Positions 1 through 9,239 of a DNA stretch of 30,193 bases are shown piece after piece. Positions within the stretch are counted from its first letter, which is position 1, and every line of letters begins with the position of its first letter. Under the pieces are notes generated by a model, which searched no databases, was not told the DNA's origin, and worked only from the letters and a program-made list of their open reading frames with translations. The stretch is taken from the NCBI GenBank assembly GCA_010093995.1, contig ML992514.1, forward strand, positions 124,001 through 154,193. The letters run 5' to 3'. A program made the position numbers and the translations under genes. Origin of the DNA: Elsinoe ampelina. Its lineage: Eukaryota.

Positions 1-669
1 ATCTCCGACATTCCTCGTCGTGATTGGCAGAGCGTAGTACGAGGTCGTGACGCCTGCCGCAAGTGGCACTGTTGCCCGGAGTAAAATGTTCCGATTTCTT
101 GTGATGATGGATCCAGCCATAGCAGCTACTAGCACGTATACCGCTCCTGGTAACACTCTTTCGTTCGAACCTTTCGGTGGTGCCAGAGAGGCGATTGTTG
201 ATGTAAAGTCTGACTCGAGCTGGAGGAATCGGGTCATCGTATTGTTGACACCGTCTTCTGCCTTGACGGCATATTTGTGGAGGAAGAGCCTTGTCTCCTT
301 GACTTGTGCGGCAAGCCTGTCTGTTGGCGAAGGTCTTGAAGGGTTAGGTGGGACAGGTGAGGTAGTCGCTATAGTAGTGTCGTGAATGTCTTGAGGCGTC
401 GCGCGAGCATCGGCAGGAACATCGTAGATAGGTTTTCGCTGCATGAAATCAGTGTATGAACACTTCCAGAAATCCATTTGAAGCTCACTGAGGATCGAAC
501 GTCTTCTAGGGTCTCGGCGAAGAGAGACCTCTTAGGATACAGTGCCAGTCCAGTGCTGAGGACTACCAGCGGCACAGCGCGCTACAATCACAGCGTCAGC
601 CCAATTGCCCTCGCCAATCACGATCAGCACTTCGCGACTCACCCGCCGTAATGTTGGAGCAAATGCCAT
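1..669 (-). CDS. MIC26: MICOS complex subunit MIC26/MIC27 (apolipoprotein O family), 3' end outside window
   Basis: Hand-spliced complement(join(<1..438,489..581,643..669)). Introns 582-642 (GTGAGT..GCTGAC..TAG) and 439-488 (GTGAGC..CTGAT..CAG) keep the frame. Protein MAFAPTLRR|RAVPLVVLSTGLALYPKRSLFAE...|RKPIYDD...PSPTDRLAAQVKETRLFL...ESDFTSTIASLAPP..ERVLPGAVYVLVAAMAGSIITRNRNILLRATVPLAAG..YYALPITTRNVGD matches fungal ApoO/MIC26-27 motifs. MIC26 versus MIC27 not resolved. Confidence 0.85.
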
Positions 670-848
670 CCTGAGGAGTGGATGGTAGGTGGTCGAGAGC
701 AGCTTCATGAAATTGTCGTCGGAAACAGCAACTTCTCGCCGACGTCCGGGATCTCAATGCCAAGCCAATGTCATCAAATATGGCATGTGAAAGCTTGACC
801 ACAAATTGTTCATCACTGTCAGCCAAGTCTGATTCTGGATTTGAGGAT
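670..848. promoter_or_regulatory. Compact bidirectional promoter/5'UTR region between MIC26 and OCT1
   Basis: Only 179 bp separate the divergent ATGs at 669 (-) and 849 (+). Promoter function is inferred from geometry. Confidence 0.6.
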
Positions 849-3245
849 ATGAAGCGGCTCGTGCGACCACGCTGGGTATGTCAGACATGCCAGGTCGCTC
901 AGAGACGAACTTTCTCGCGACGAGCCGTCGCCACTGCGGCGGCAGCAGCGATACCACAATCCATCTTCCCTACGACATTTGCCGATCCGAAAAATCGACA
1001 GGACGATGACATTCTTCGTCAGATCTTCGACTCGCCATCTGCTTGGAGGGACTTTGCAGCGCGCTCAAAAGCCTTGAACGATGGCCGCCCTGCTGGCCTT
1101 TTCAGGAACAGGTACTTGACGAAGCCGGCAGGATTCGAAAAGTATGCAACTTCGACACTCTCGAAATGCAAGAAGCTCGTCTCTAGGATCGCCGGGTACG
1201 ATACAATCCAGCAATACAAGGGTATTGTCAAAGATCTCGACCGACTCAGCGATCTGCTCTGCCGAGTCATTGACCTTTGCGAGTTTGTGCGTTCCACTCA
1301 TCCTGATAGAGCGATCCAAGCCGCGGCGACACAGGCGTATCTTATGATGTTCCAGTACATGAACGTACTCAACACAACACCCGTGTTGCACGAGCAGCTT
1401 CAAAAGGCTCTATCCATGCCTGAAGTGACTTCTTCTTGGACAGAACAAGAGAAAGTGGTGGCGAACATTCTTGCCAGGGACTTCTCCAAATCTGCCATTG
1501 ATCTGCCGGAAGGTGATCGCCAGTCCTTTGTCGAACTGTCAGACTCGGTAAGCCAGGTCGGGTCGCAATTCATGGATGAAATGGAGCCGGCAAAGTCAGT
1601 CATAGAGCTGCCTAGTAGCAAGCTCAAAGGTATGGATCCAATGATCGTCCGGCAGCTGACACGCTGGGGTTCTGTGTCACTTCCTACGGCAGGGATGCCT
1701 GCTAATCTCGCGCTGCGAACTGTGGAGGATCCAGATGTGCGACGCGAGATTTATATGGCCAATCGTACGGCATCCAAGGATAGCGTACGGAGACTGGAAC
1801 AAATGCTCGAGGAGAGGAGCCAGCTAGCACATTTGTCTGGATTCGACTCATTTGGACATCTAACATTAGCTGATAAGATGGCAAAGACGCCGGAAGCCGT
1901 GAACAAGTTTCTCAAGGCACTGCACGAGCAAAATCAAACACAGTCAAAAGCAGAGCTCCAGGATTTGCTCGAACTGAAGCGCTCTGATGCGAGAGCGAAC
2001 AACTTTCCGAACCAGATCACAGCCTGGGACCGGGACTACTACTCGGCAAAGCTACTCTCATCTTTGGAATATCGATCGCGAAACGATCATCTATCTGCTT
2101 ACTTTTCTCTTGGTACAGTCATGCAAGGACTCTCGAGATTGTTCCAAAGGCTGTATGGGATCAGACTGGTACCGCGGGAGACCCAACCTGGGGAGACTTG
2201 GAATGACGATGTACGCCGTCTTGACGTTGTGGATGATACAGAGGGACATATAGCAGTCATCTACTGCGACCTGTTCCAGAGAGCAGGCAAGAGTCCCAAT
2301 CCAGCTCATTTCACGGTGAGATGTTCTCGGCAAATATCTGAGGAGGAACAGGTCGAGGCTAGACAAGCTGCAGTGTCCGAGCCTGATCTCTTCCCCTCAG
2401 ACGCAGATGCGGCAAACGATGGTCTACCGGTCGGTATCCGGAAGACTGGGGAAAGTCAAGCCATATTTCAACTACCTACCATTGCTCTCATCTGCGACTT
2501 CGCATTCCAGTCGCCTTCGCGAAACACTTCGACCCGGCCTGCTCTGCTGTCATTCCGAGAAGTACAGACTCTCTTCCATGAGATGGGCCATGCTCTGCAC
2601 TCAATCTGTGGTAGGACAACCTTACAAAACGTCTCTGGCACCAGATGCGCGACGGATTTTGCCGAGCTGCCATCCGTCCTCATGGAGCATTTCGCGGCAG
2701 CACCAGAGGTCCTCGGTCTATTTGCCAGACACTGGGAGACTGGTGCTGCCCTCGACCCAACTTTAGTAAAGGAAAGAGTCGACATTGAAAAGCGCCTGCA
2801 AGGGGCCGAAGTTGAAGGACAAGTTCTCATGTCTCTTCTCGATCAAGCCTATCATTCGCCTGATGTCGTTCGGCCAGGAATAAAGGTCGACTCAACGGAG
2901 ATCTACCATAGTATCTGGAACAAGTATAGCAGTGTGCCAGAACCAGCGGGTACAACCTGGCAAGGTTTCTTTGGACATCTCGTGGGTTATGGAGCAACCT
3001 ACTACGCTTACTTGTTCGATCGAGTCATTGCGGGCAAAATCTGGCGCGATGTCTTTCAACGTCAATCGGGTGGGGCTATTGATGAGCGGGCAGGAAGACT
3101 CTTCAGAGATGAGGTGCTTCGGTGGGGTGGAGGAAGAGACGGCTGGCAATGCATTGCTGGTACCCTAAAGGATAGAGACGGCGTCCTGGCTGAAGGCAAA
3201 GACGGGGCTATGGAGATAGTTGGGCAGTGGGGTCTCAAGAATTAG
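849..3245 (+). CDS. OCT1: Mitochondrial intermediate peptidase (M3A metallopeptidase)
   Basis: Intronless ORF. Zinc motif TLFHEMGHALHS (HEMGH 2577-2591), SGTRCATDFAELPS, FFGHLVGYGATYYAYLFDR, DRLSDLLCRVIDLCEFVRSTHPD. Start at 849 chosen because MKRLVRPRWVCQTCQVAQRRTFSRR is an Arg-rich, acid-free presequence; in-frame ATGs also lie at 768 and 780. Confidence 0.95.
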   Translation: MKRLVRPRWVCQTCQVAQRRTFSRRAVATAAAAAIPQSIFPTTFADPKNRQDDDILRQIFDSPSAWRDFAARSKALNDGRPAGLFRNRYLTKPAGFEKYATSTLSKCKKLVSRIAGYDTIQQYKGIVKDLDRLSDLLCRVIDLCEFVRSTHPDRAIQAAATQAYLMMFQYMNVLNTTPVLHEQLQKALSMPEVTSSWTEQEKVVANILARDFSKSAIDLPEGDRQSFVELSDSVSQVGSQFMDEMEPAKSVIELPSSKLKGMDPMIVRQLTRWGSVSLPTAGMPANLALRTVEDPDVRREIYMANRTASKDSVRRLEQMLEERSQLAHLSGFDSFGHLTLADKMAKTPEAVNKFLKALHEQNQTQSKAELQDLLELKRSDARANNFPNQITAWDRDYYSAKLLSSLEYRSRNDHLSAYFSLGTVMQGLSRLFQRLYGIRLVPRETQPGETWNDDVRRLDVVDDTEGHIAVIYCDLFQRAGKSPNPAHFTVRCSRQISEEEQVEARQAAVSEPDLFPSDADAANDGLPVGIRKTGESQAIFQLPTIALICDFAFQSPSRNTSTRPALLSFREVQTLFHEMGHALHSICGRTTLQNVSGTRCATDFAELPSVLMEHFAAAPEVLGLFARHWETGAALDPTLVKERVDIEKRLQGAEVEGQVLMSLLDQAYHSPDVVRPGIKVDSTEIYHSIWNKYSSVPEPAGTTWQGFFGHLVGYGATYYAYLFDRVIAGKIWRDVFQRQSGGAIDERAGRLFRDEVLRWGGGRDGWQCIAGTLKDRDGVLAEGKDGAMEIVGQWGLKN

Positions 3246-3492
3246 ACCTGCGAACTCTGTACATATATGGAAATAGATCTGTACATTAAGCCTTTTGACA
3301 TCTACTGTCTGAAAGCTTGAGTGCTCCGTTTGATGTTGGAAAGTACTAATTCAGCGGCCCAGCAAAACATGGTATGCTTGGCAAGCGCATGCCGGCTTTC
3401 TTGCCACTTTGCTGTGCGCTATCGCTAAACCACTGCATTAATTTTGCAATGCTCAAAATCGTCAAGTACTAGCACTAGGCGATACCGATAGG

Positions 3493-4865
3493 ATGGTACA
3501 GGGTCAAAAGCGTGCGGCTTCCGACCAGGCGGGTGGTCCTGGTGCGAAAAAGGTAGGCACAGATTTTCATCTCGGGTTCACTCAAGGAGATCAGCGACCC
3601 CAGGTCGATGAAATGATTACTATTTCGAAGTGAAGGCTCGACTGTACGATCAAGAAATTTTGGGGTTCACAAGAAAATCTCTGTCATTGCTCGAATGATG
3701 GCCGCAACATCGCTACCACACCACCCACAAGTCTGCAAATCTCAAAGCTTACCTCGAACAGGCCAAGAAGTCATGGCGGACGCCAAACAAGAGTGGAGGC
3801 CCGCCTCGTGAGAACTCGGTCGTCAAGCCTGGAGACGCCGGGATATGGGTAACTTGTCACAAGAACAAAGAGCGCAAGTGTATTGGGGAGATGAAGGATT
3901 TGCTTTCCGAGGTATGCTACAGTTCTATCAAAGCTATACATCTCACTGACTCGAGGCTCTCAGTATACTGGAAATGACGGTAATGCTAAGGCTCGGGCGG
4001 AGACCGCTGCGGATGATGATGAGGATGGCGATGCAGACGACATTGAGAAGGAAATCAACCAAGAAGTGTCTGATATTCGTACCACGGCTCGGGAACAGCC
4101 ATTTGATGCCGTCTACCTCGATGTCCCATGCGGTAATTCTACCTCTCAATGCTTGATAGATCTCTCTGACCCTCACAGTCATATTTTTCCGCATCAAACC
4201 TCCATTCGCTCCAGTCGATCTCACACAAAGAATCGTGTCAGACGCTGCCGCGAATCCGTCCAGGAAGCGCACAAGATGCACACTACGTCTCGAGCCGTCG
4301 ACCATGACGGGATATGCGGACGAAGAAGGACTGGAGAGATTGGCAAAGGAAGTCCTCGCTCCACATTTCCACGTCGAGGGCCAGCAATCGAAGAAGGTAT
4401 CACTGCCTTGCTCTCGTCTGAACTTGCTCGCTCACACGCCGCAGTTTGCCATTCGTCCCACCATCCGCAACCATAACAAGCTCAACAGAGACATCATCAT
4501 CAAAAAGGTCGCCAGTCTGGTCGGTACCAATCATTCGGTCGATCTCAAGAACTACGATGCTCTCATCCTTGTCAACGTGCTCAAGGTGAGCTGGATCTGA
4601 TATGCACTGGCTGTGAAGTACTAACCAGATCCAGAATATCTGTGGCATTAGCGTCGTGGGACCCGACTACGATCGCCTGAAGCGTTACAACCTGCAGGAG
4701 ATCTTTGATCCGACCCCTGAGAAGCATGCGGCCGAGGAGAAGCACCGAGAAACCCTCAAACTGGCTGACTCGCCTGCTGGACCTGTCATACCTACCGATA
4801 ATGGCACCAGCTCTTCGGACTTGGCAGGAATGCCAGAGGACACGAAAGTCGTGAATGGAGATTGA
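3493..4865 (+). CDS. TAN1: THUMP-domain tRNA acetylation adaptor (Tan1/THUMPD1 family)
   Basis: Hand-spliced join(3493..3552,3762..3911,3964..4132,4179..4396,4445..4585,4635..4865); all introns GT..AG with branch-like CTRAC/CTTAC/CTCAC and an open frame. Motifs: PGDAGIWVTCHKNKERKCIGEMKDLL, DIEKEINQEV, KEVLAPHFH, KFAIRPTIRNHNKLNRD, HSVDLKNYDALILVNVLKNICGISVV..YDRLKRYNLQEI. Confidence 0.9.
3561..3730 (+). ncRNA. Candidate structured RNA element (snoRNA-like or cis-regulatory) in TAN1 intron 1
   Basis: Intron is 209 nt versus 46-61 nt for every other intron here. Nested complementary segments: 3561-3568/3673-3680, 3569-3573/3587-3591, 3596-3603/3660-3667, 3604-3608/3638-3642, 3610-3614/3622-3626, 3681-3688/3694-3701. 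No RNA family recognised. Confidence 0.4.
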
Positions 4866-5232
4866 AAATGTGGGAAGATCAACTTGTTAAGATGGAAGCA
4901 TGAGTCTGAAGACATAGTGCCATGAGGTTCGCATGAATCGTCCAGAGCCGCATTGAGTTGCTTATCAGGAACCGTCCCAAAGAGGAATAGCACCCGAAGT
5001 GGATCAGATTTGCAACGACCTCTCACGAGGGTCAGCATGATAGCGACCACATTTCGACCAATCTAGAGCCCAGCATTATGCTCTCAATCGCAGTGTCTCT
5101 GCCTGCGTGCGGCTGTGGTTCCTGATGATCACGTTGTCTTGGGTCAAATTTGAGGCCATTTGAAGTGAAGCAGCGTTACTGACCACATGGCAACCGAAGA
5201 GAATGCTGTCTGCCCACAGGTCAAAAAGGTGA

Positions 5233-5888
5233 AGATAACGGGACCACATGCCCATTACACTACCGCGGAGAAAAAAGATCATCGCTCCCACACCCTTTGC
5301 ATGTTCGCTGTCGTTGAATAATTCAGCGCAGAACACGGACCCCGTTCCACCCAACGATAAACGTTTCCATGTTTGGAACGACCTCAAGATAAGACGTCCC
5401 ACTCAATGCCTATTCTCACTAAGCCCACACAAGCTTCTGCCACCCGACCCGGCATACATCAGAATGCGGTTTTGAGGGATCTCTGCATCTCCGGACATCT
5501 GGTTCATCGAGAAGAAAGAAATCGTAGGACGGCTGGCGCTTCGATGCTCACTCGGGTGGTTTCGTATGCATAGATTGCGCAGCTTCTACGCTCGACAGTC
5601 CAATTGTCATATACCGAGGACTTTGCAGAAGTGCACTCTGGTAACAGCAAAAGCAGCACATCAATCTAAGAGATCGCATTGTCGTCTGCCAGTCGGATCT
5701 CGGACCCTGGGGGTCGTTCCCCAGAAGCACGCGCGGAAGCTTGTTGAGTACTGTATTACCCTTATCTGGAGCCGCCTGGCTGGATCTCTCCACGCACCTA
5801 AGCATTCAGGCTTGTCGATCCCGCGGATTTGCTTCTCCAAGCTGCGTCGTTCCGGAGATGCTCAACTCTGATACATGGTAGCAGATAG
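5233..5888. promoter_or_regulatory. AreA/NIT2-type HGATAR sites upstream of nitrate transporter
   Basis: AGATAA 5233-5238, CGATAA 5355-5360, TTATCT 5762-5767, AGATAG 5883-5888. The first two flank the NirA site. Short motifs, so support comes from context. Confidence 0.5.
5263..5270 (-). promoter_or_regulatory. NirA/NIT4-type nitrate induction site (CTCCGHGG)
   Basis: CCGCGGAG on + equals CTCCGCGG on -, an exact match to the Aspergillus NirA consensus, ~760 bp upstream of the nitrate transporter ATG. A near match CCGCGGAT lies at 5821-5828. Confidence 0.65.
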
Positions 5889-6026
5889 GAGGTCTATATG
5901 TCTAGGACTGTTCTCCCAACTCTATCCTCTCATTTTCAATATTCAATAAGCAGTGGAGCTCTGGTATTGTGCCTGTGATCGAGCGACTCCAATATCAAAC
6001 GATATTCACTCAGGCATCTCCACAAC

Positions 6027-7609
6027 ATGGCCATCTCAGTTCTATGGTCGGCCCCTGCGGTCAACCCAGTCAACCACAAAGCACTTTCTATCCCAGTGCT
6101 CAACCCAGTCAATGCCTATGGCAGGGTCTTCTTCTTCTCTTGGTTCTCATTCTTGCTCGCCTTCTGGTCCTGGTATGCATTCCCACCACTTCTTTCGGAC
6201 GTCATTGCTGGAGACATTGGCGTGTCCCGCAACGTCGTGAGCAACTCCAATGTCATTGCCTTGACAGCTACGTAAGTCACGTGCACTACTATACTAATCT
6301 TTCCGGGCTAACTTCTCCAAGCCTACTCGTTCGTCTTGTTGCTGGACCTAGCTGCGATCGATTCGGACCTCGACTCACCTTTGCCGGATGTCTGCTCATT
6401 GGAGCTATCCCTACCTTCTTGGCAGGCACTATCAAAAATGCAGGAGGCCTCTACGCCATCCGCTTTTTCGTTGGTATTCTCGGTGGTAGCTTCGTCCCAT
6501 GCCAGGTCTGGACCACTGGTTTCTTCGACAAGAACATCGTCGGGACTGCGAACAGTCTTACAGCTGGCTTCGGTAATGCAGGTGGAGGTGTCACATACTT
6601 TGTCATGCCAGCAATCTACAACTCCCTTCGTACCCAGCGCGGTATGTCAGCTGGTGTAGCCTGGCGCGTCTCCTTCGTCGTCCCAGGTATCATCATCACC
6701 TGCGCCGCCATCGCCCTCATCCTCCTCTGCCCCGACACCCCACGAGGACGATGGGCCGACCGTAACCTACCCGTCGAGAACGACACCCACACCACCACCA
6801 CCGACGGCAAGGTCGTCGACATCCCCAACGCCAACACCACCGCCTCCCGCTCCCCCTCTGCCAGCTCCATGGCCGACGAAGAAAAGAAAGACTACACCAA
6901 GCCCGCCATCGACGGTCCCACCCCGGACACCTCCAAAGGCGAAGCCCTCACCCTCACCCCCGCCCAATCCGACGCCATCCAAGCCCCCACCATGAAAGAG
7001 ATCTTCCGCGTCATCCTCTCCGGCCCCACCCTCGTCCTCGGCGCATGCTACTTCTGCACCTTCGGCGCCGAGCTCTCCATCAATTCCGTCCTGGGAACCT
7101 TCTACCAACGCCAACTCGGCCTCGGCCTCCAAGAAGCAGGCAACCTCGCTGCCATCTTCGGCCTGATGAACGTCATCATGCGGCCCTTGGGTGGTGTGGC
7201 TAGTGATTTGATCTACCGCAAGACCGGCACCACGTGGGCGAAGAAGGGGCTCCTGCACGCCTACTGCGCCATCACGGGCGTGTTCTGTATCGCGATCGGT
7301 CTGTCCAAGACGAAGAGCCAGGCGGCGGTCGTCGGGCTTGTGTCTGGTGGGTTGGCGTTCTTCCTTGAGGGTGCGAACGGCTTGACGTACTCGTTGGTGC
7401 CGCATGTGCATCCTTATGCGAACGGTGTGGTGTCTGGGTTCGCTGGAGCTTGTGGTAACTTGGGAGGTATCGTGTTTGCGATCATTTTCAGGTACAATGG
7501 CACGGATTATCACAGGGTGTTCTGGATCATTGGGGCGATTATCATTGGGTTGCAGGTGGCTACTTGCTGGGTTAGGCCTGTGCCCAAAGGGCAGAATGCT
7601 GGAAGGTAG
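6027..7609 (+). CDS. High-affinity nitrate/nitrite transporter (MFS NNP family, NrtA/CrnA-NrtB-like), ~510 aa
   Basis: join(6027..6271,6322..7609); intron GTAAGT..GCTAAC..AAG. N-terminus [36 protein letters not shown], nitrate signatures AGFGNAGGG and [22 protein letters not shown], conserved Arg in LLVRLVAGP and VIMRPLGG. nrtA versus nrtB not resolved. Confidence 0.93.
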
Positions 7610-8037
7610 ACGGATGACAATGGGAAACAGAACATATTATGAGATATGATAGGTTTATATGATGTATTTGTTCATGGACCTCTTCTTGTATGTGGTGACC
7701 TCGTGACCGGATCTGTCCTTGTCTGAGCAGCCTCGGCTGCTGAACGAACCAATGATGCCTTCGTGGCGAGTCTCTAGCGAGGCTCGTGTCTCATCTATAC
7801 ACACGCGCTCTCGAGGCGCTCGTACGTCTGCAAGCACTTCGCATCGCTTGAGTACCCGTCGCCTCGACGCTCACGAAGACCATCTTCAACCGTATCTACC
7901 ATACGCATTGCAACACCCATTGCAAGCCAGGCCTCCACGGCCTAAAGTCTTCCTCGGTCAACCAGATGTCAGACAGGCTTCCATTCAACTCTCACTGTCC
8001 CACGCCATACCATCCCGTATATCCTCCACAGCCCCCG

Positions 8038-8634
8038 TCAACCCCCCTTCCCCTCTCTCCCTTTCCTCCTCTGCCCCACATCCCAATTATAAACCCTCGC
8101 CGTCGCCACCTCCAACGTCGTAATCTGCTCCCTCAAAAAATCCAAATCCTCCTCGCAATTCGCCAAACTCGTCCTCGCCGCCCCTAGCTTCCCCACCAAC
8201 AACTCCTCCGCCTCCCCCACGGGATAAGCCAGCATCACATTGGCCCCGAGCCAGAGGTACACCTCGCGCGTGGTCGGCACCAGCGCCTTCGCGTACAGCG
8301 TGTCGTTGAGCTCAAAGTGCGTCTCGAGCGGGTCGTCGTCTTCCGTCCGCGAGGACAGGAAGCGGACCATAGACAGGGTTTTGAGGATTTCTGGGATTTT
8401 GGAGCGGAGCCCGGACGCCCGTTGTTGCGTCGAGGTTTCCATGAATTGGTATTTGGAGATCATTTCCGAGAAGGATTTGAGGGTCGGTTCGACGTCTGAG
8501 GGGGTCGGGACGTAGTCTTCTACGCGGTCGACGAAGGGGGCGAAGGGGATGCCGCGCGGGTTGGTGGTGGTGTCTTTGGGTTTGGTGGTGGTGGGGGTGG
8601 AGGAGGGGGAGGAGCGGAGGGCGAGGGATGCCAT
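8038..8634 (-). CDS. PAC10: Prefoldin subunit 3 (Pac10/Gim2/VBP1), 198 aa
   Basis: Intronless. NPRGIPFAPFVDRVEDYV, FSEMISKYQFME, ETHFELNDTLYAKA, VYLWLGANVMLAYP, EDLDFLREQITTLEVATARVYNWDV. ATG at 8634 in strong ACCACCATGG context. Confidence 0.95.
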   Translation of the reverse strand: MASLALRSSPSSTPTTTKPKDTTTNPRGIPFAPFVDRVEDYVPTPSDVEPTLKSFSEMISKYQFMETSTQQRASGLRSKIPEILKTLSMVRFLSSRTEDDDPLETHFELNDTLYAKALVPTTREVYLWLGANVMLAYPVGEAEELLVGKLGAARTSLANCEEDLDFLREQITTLEVATARVYNWDVGQRRKGREGKGG

Positions 8635-9239
8635 GGTGGTGGTTGGCGCTGGTGGGTGTGGTTTGAGTGCTGATCGCCTCCTAGGAAGCTGCTGTCCTCG
8701 TTGTCTGACCTTCCCTGGTCTCAAGCACTATTTCCTGCTCTTACTTCTACCAGCTCCGCTCGCACCCAAGCTGCTCCGTGGAGTGTTGAGATCGGGGCCA
8801 GCTCTGGGTCGCCAACTGGTCCGATAAAGGCACCGTTGTACAGTAAATTGCCTCTTGTGTGACCTCGGAAAGTCCAGAGTTGTATCGTGTCGTCGTTTCT
8901 GTGTAGCTAGGACGTTGATCGAAGTCAAAGGTCCCAAAAAGGAAATTCGCAGCTTCCGGAAACGCCAAGACAGCAAGTCCGTAGCTTCATTCTCTAAGGA
9001 ATGCAGCTTCAAGCATTCACATCAAATTACGAGCAATGGAGTATACCAATATCGAGCACAGACAGCACTGAACGGGAAGAGAGGTAGGTCAGAAATATTG
9101 TACTACATTGCTAGCAAATCAACTATGAACCCAACCTCAACCAAGAACACCATCAAGGAAACATGCAAAGAAACAAGTCTAGTTCATTATACGTCAAGCA
9201 CCTTCCTCCACCATCATTCTCATCCTCGTGTAATCTGTT

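Noticed and set aside
47..385. 112-aa plus-strand ORF
   Set aside because: Antisense shadow of MIC26 exon 3.
3553..3761. U5/U1/U4 snRNA, TPP riboswitch, hammerhead, RNase MRP or tRNA identity for the TAN1 intron
   Set aside because: An Sm-like AAATTTTGG is present but no U5 loop GCCTTTTAC or U1 5' end. No TPP CTGAGA core, no hammerhead CTGANGA, too short for MRP, no proper tRNA cloverleaf.
4397..4444. Stop-free 48-nt intron in TAN1 as regulated retention
   Set aside because: Short stop-free 3n introns arise often by chance and nothing else supports regulation.
5969..6321. N-terminal part of the 546-aa ORF as the transporter start
   Set aside because: Wrong frame; the conserved N-terminus is in the 6027 frame and is joined by a canonical intron.
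6767..7513. 248-aa minus-strand ORF
   Set aside because: Antisense shadow of the codon-biased transporter; no recognisable domain.
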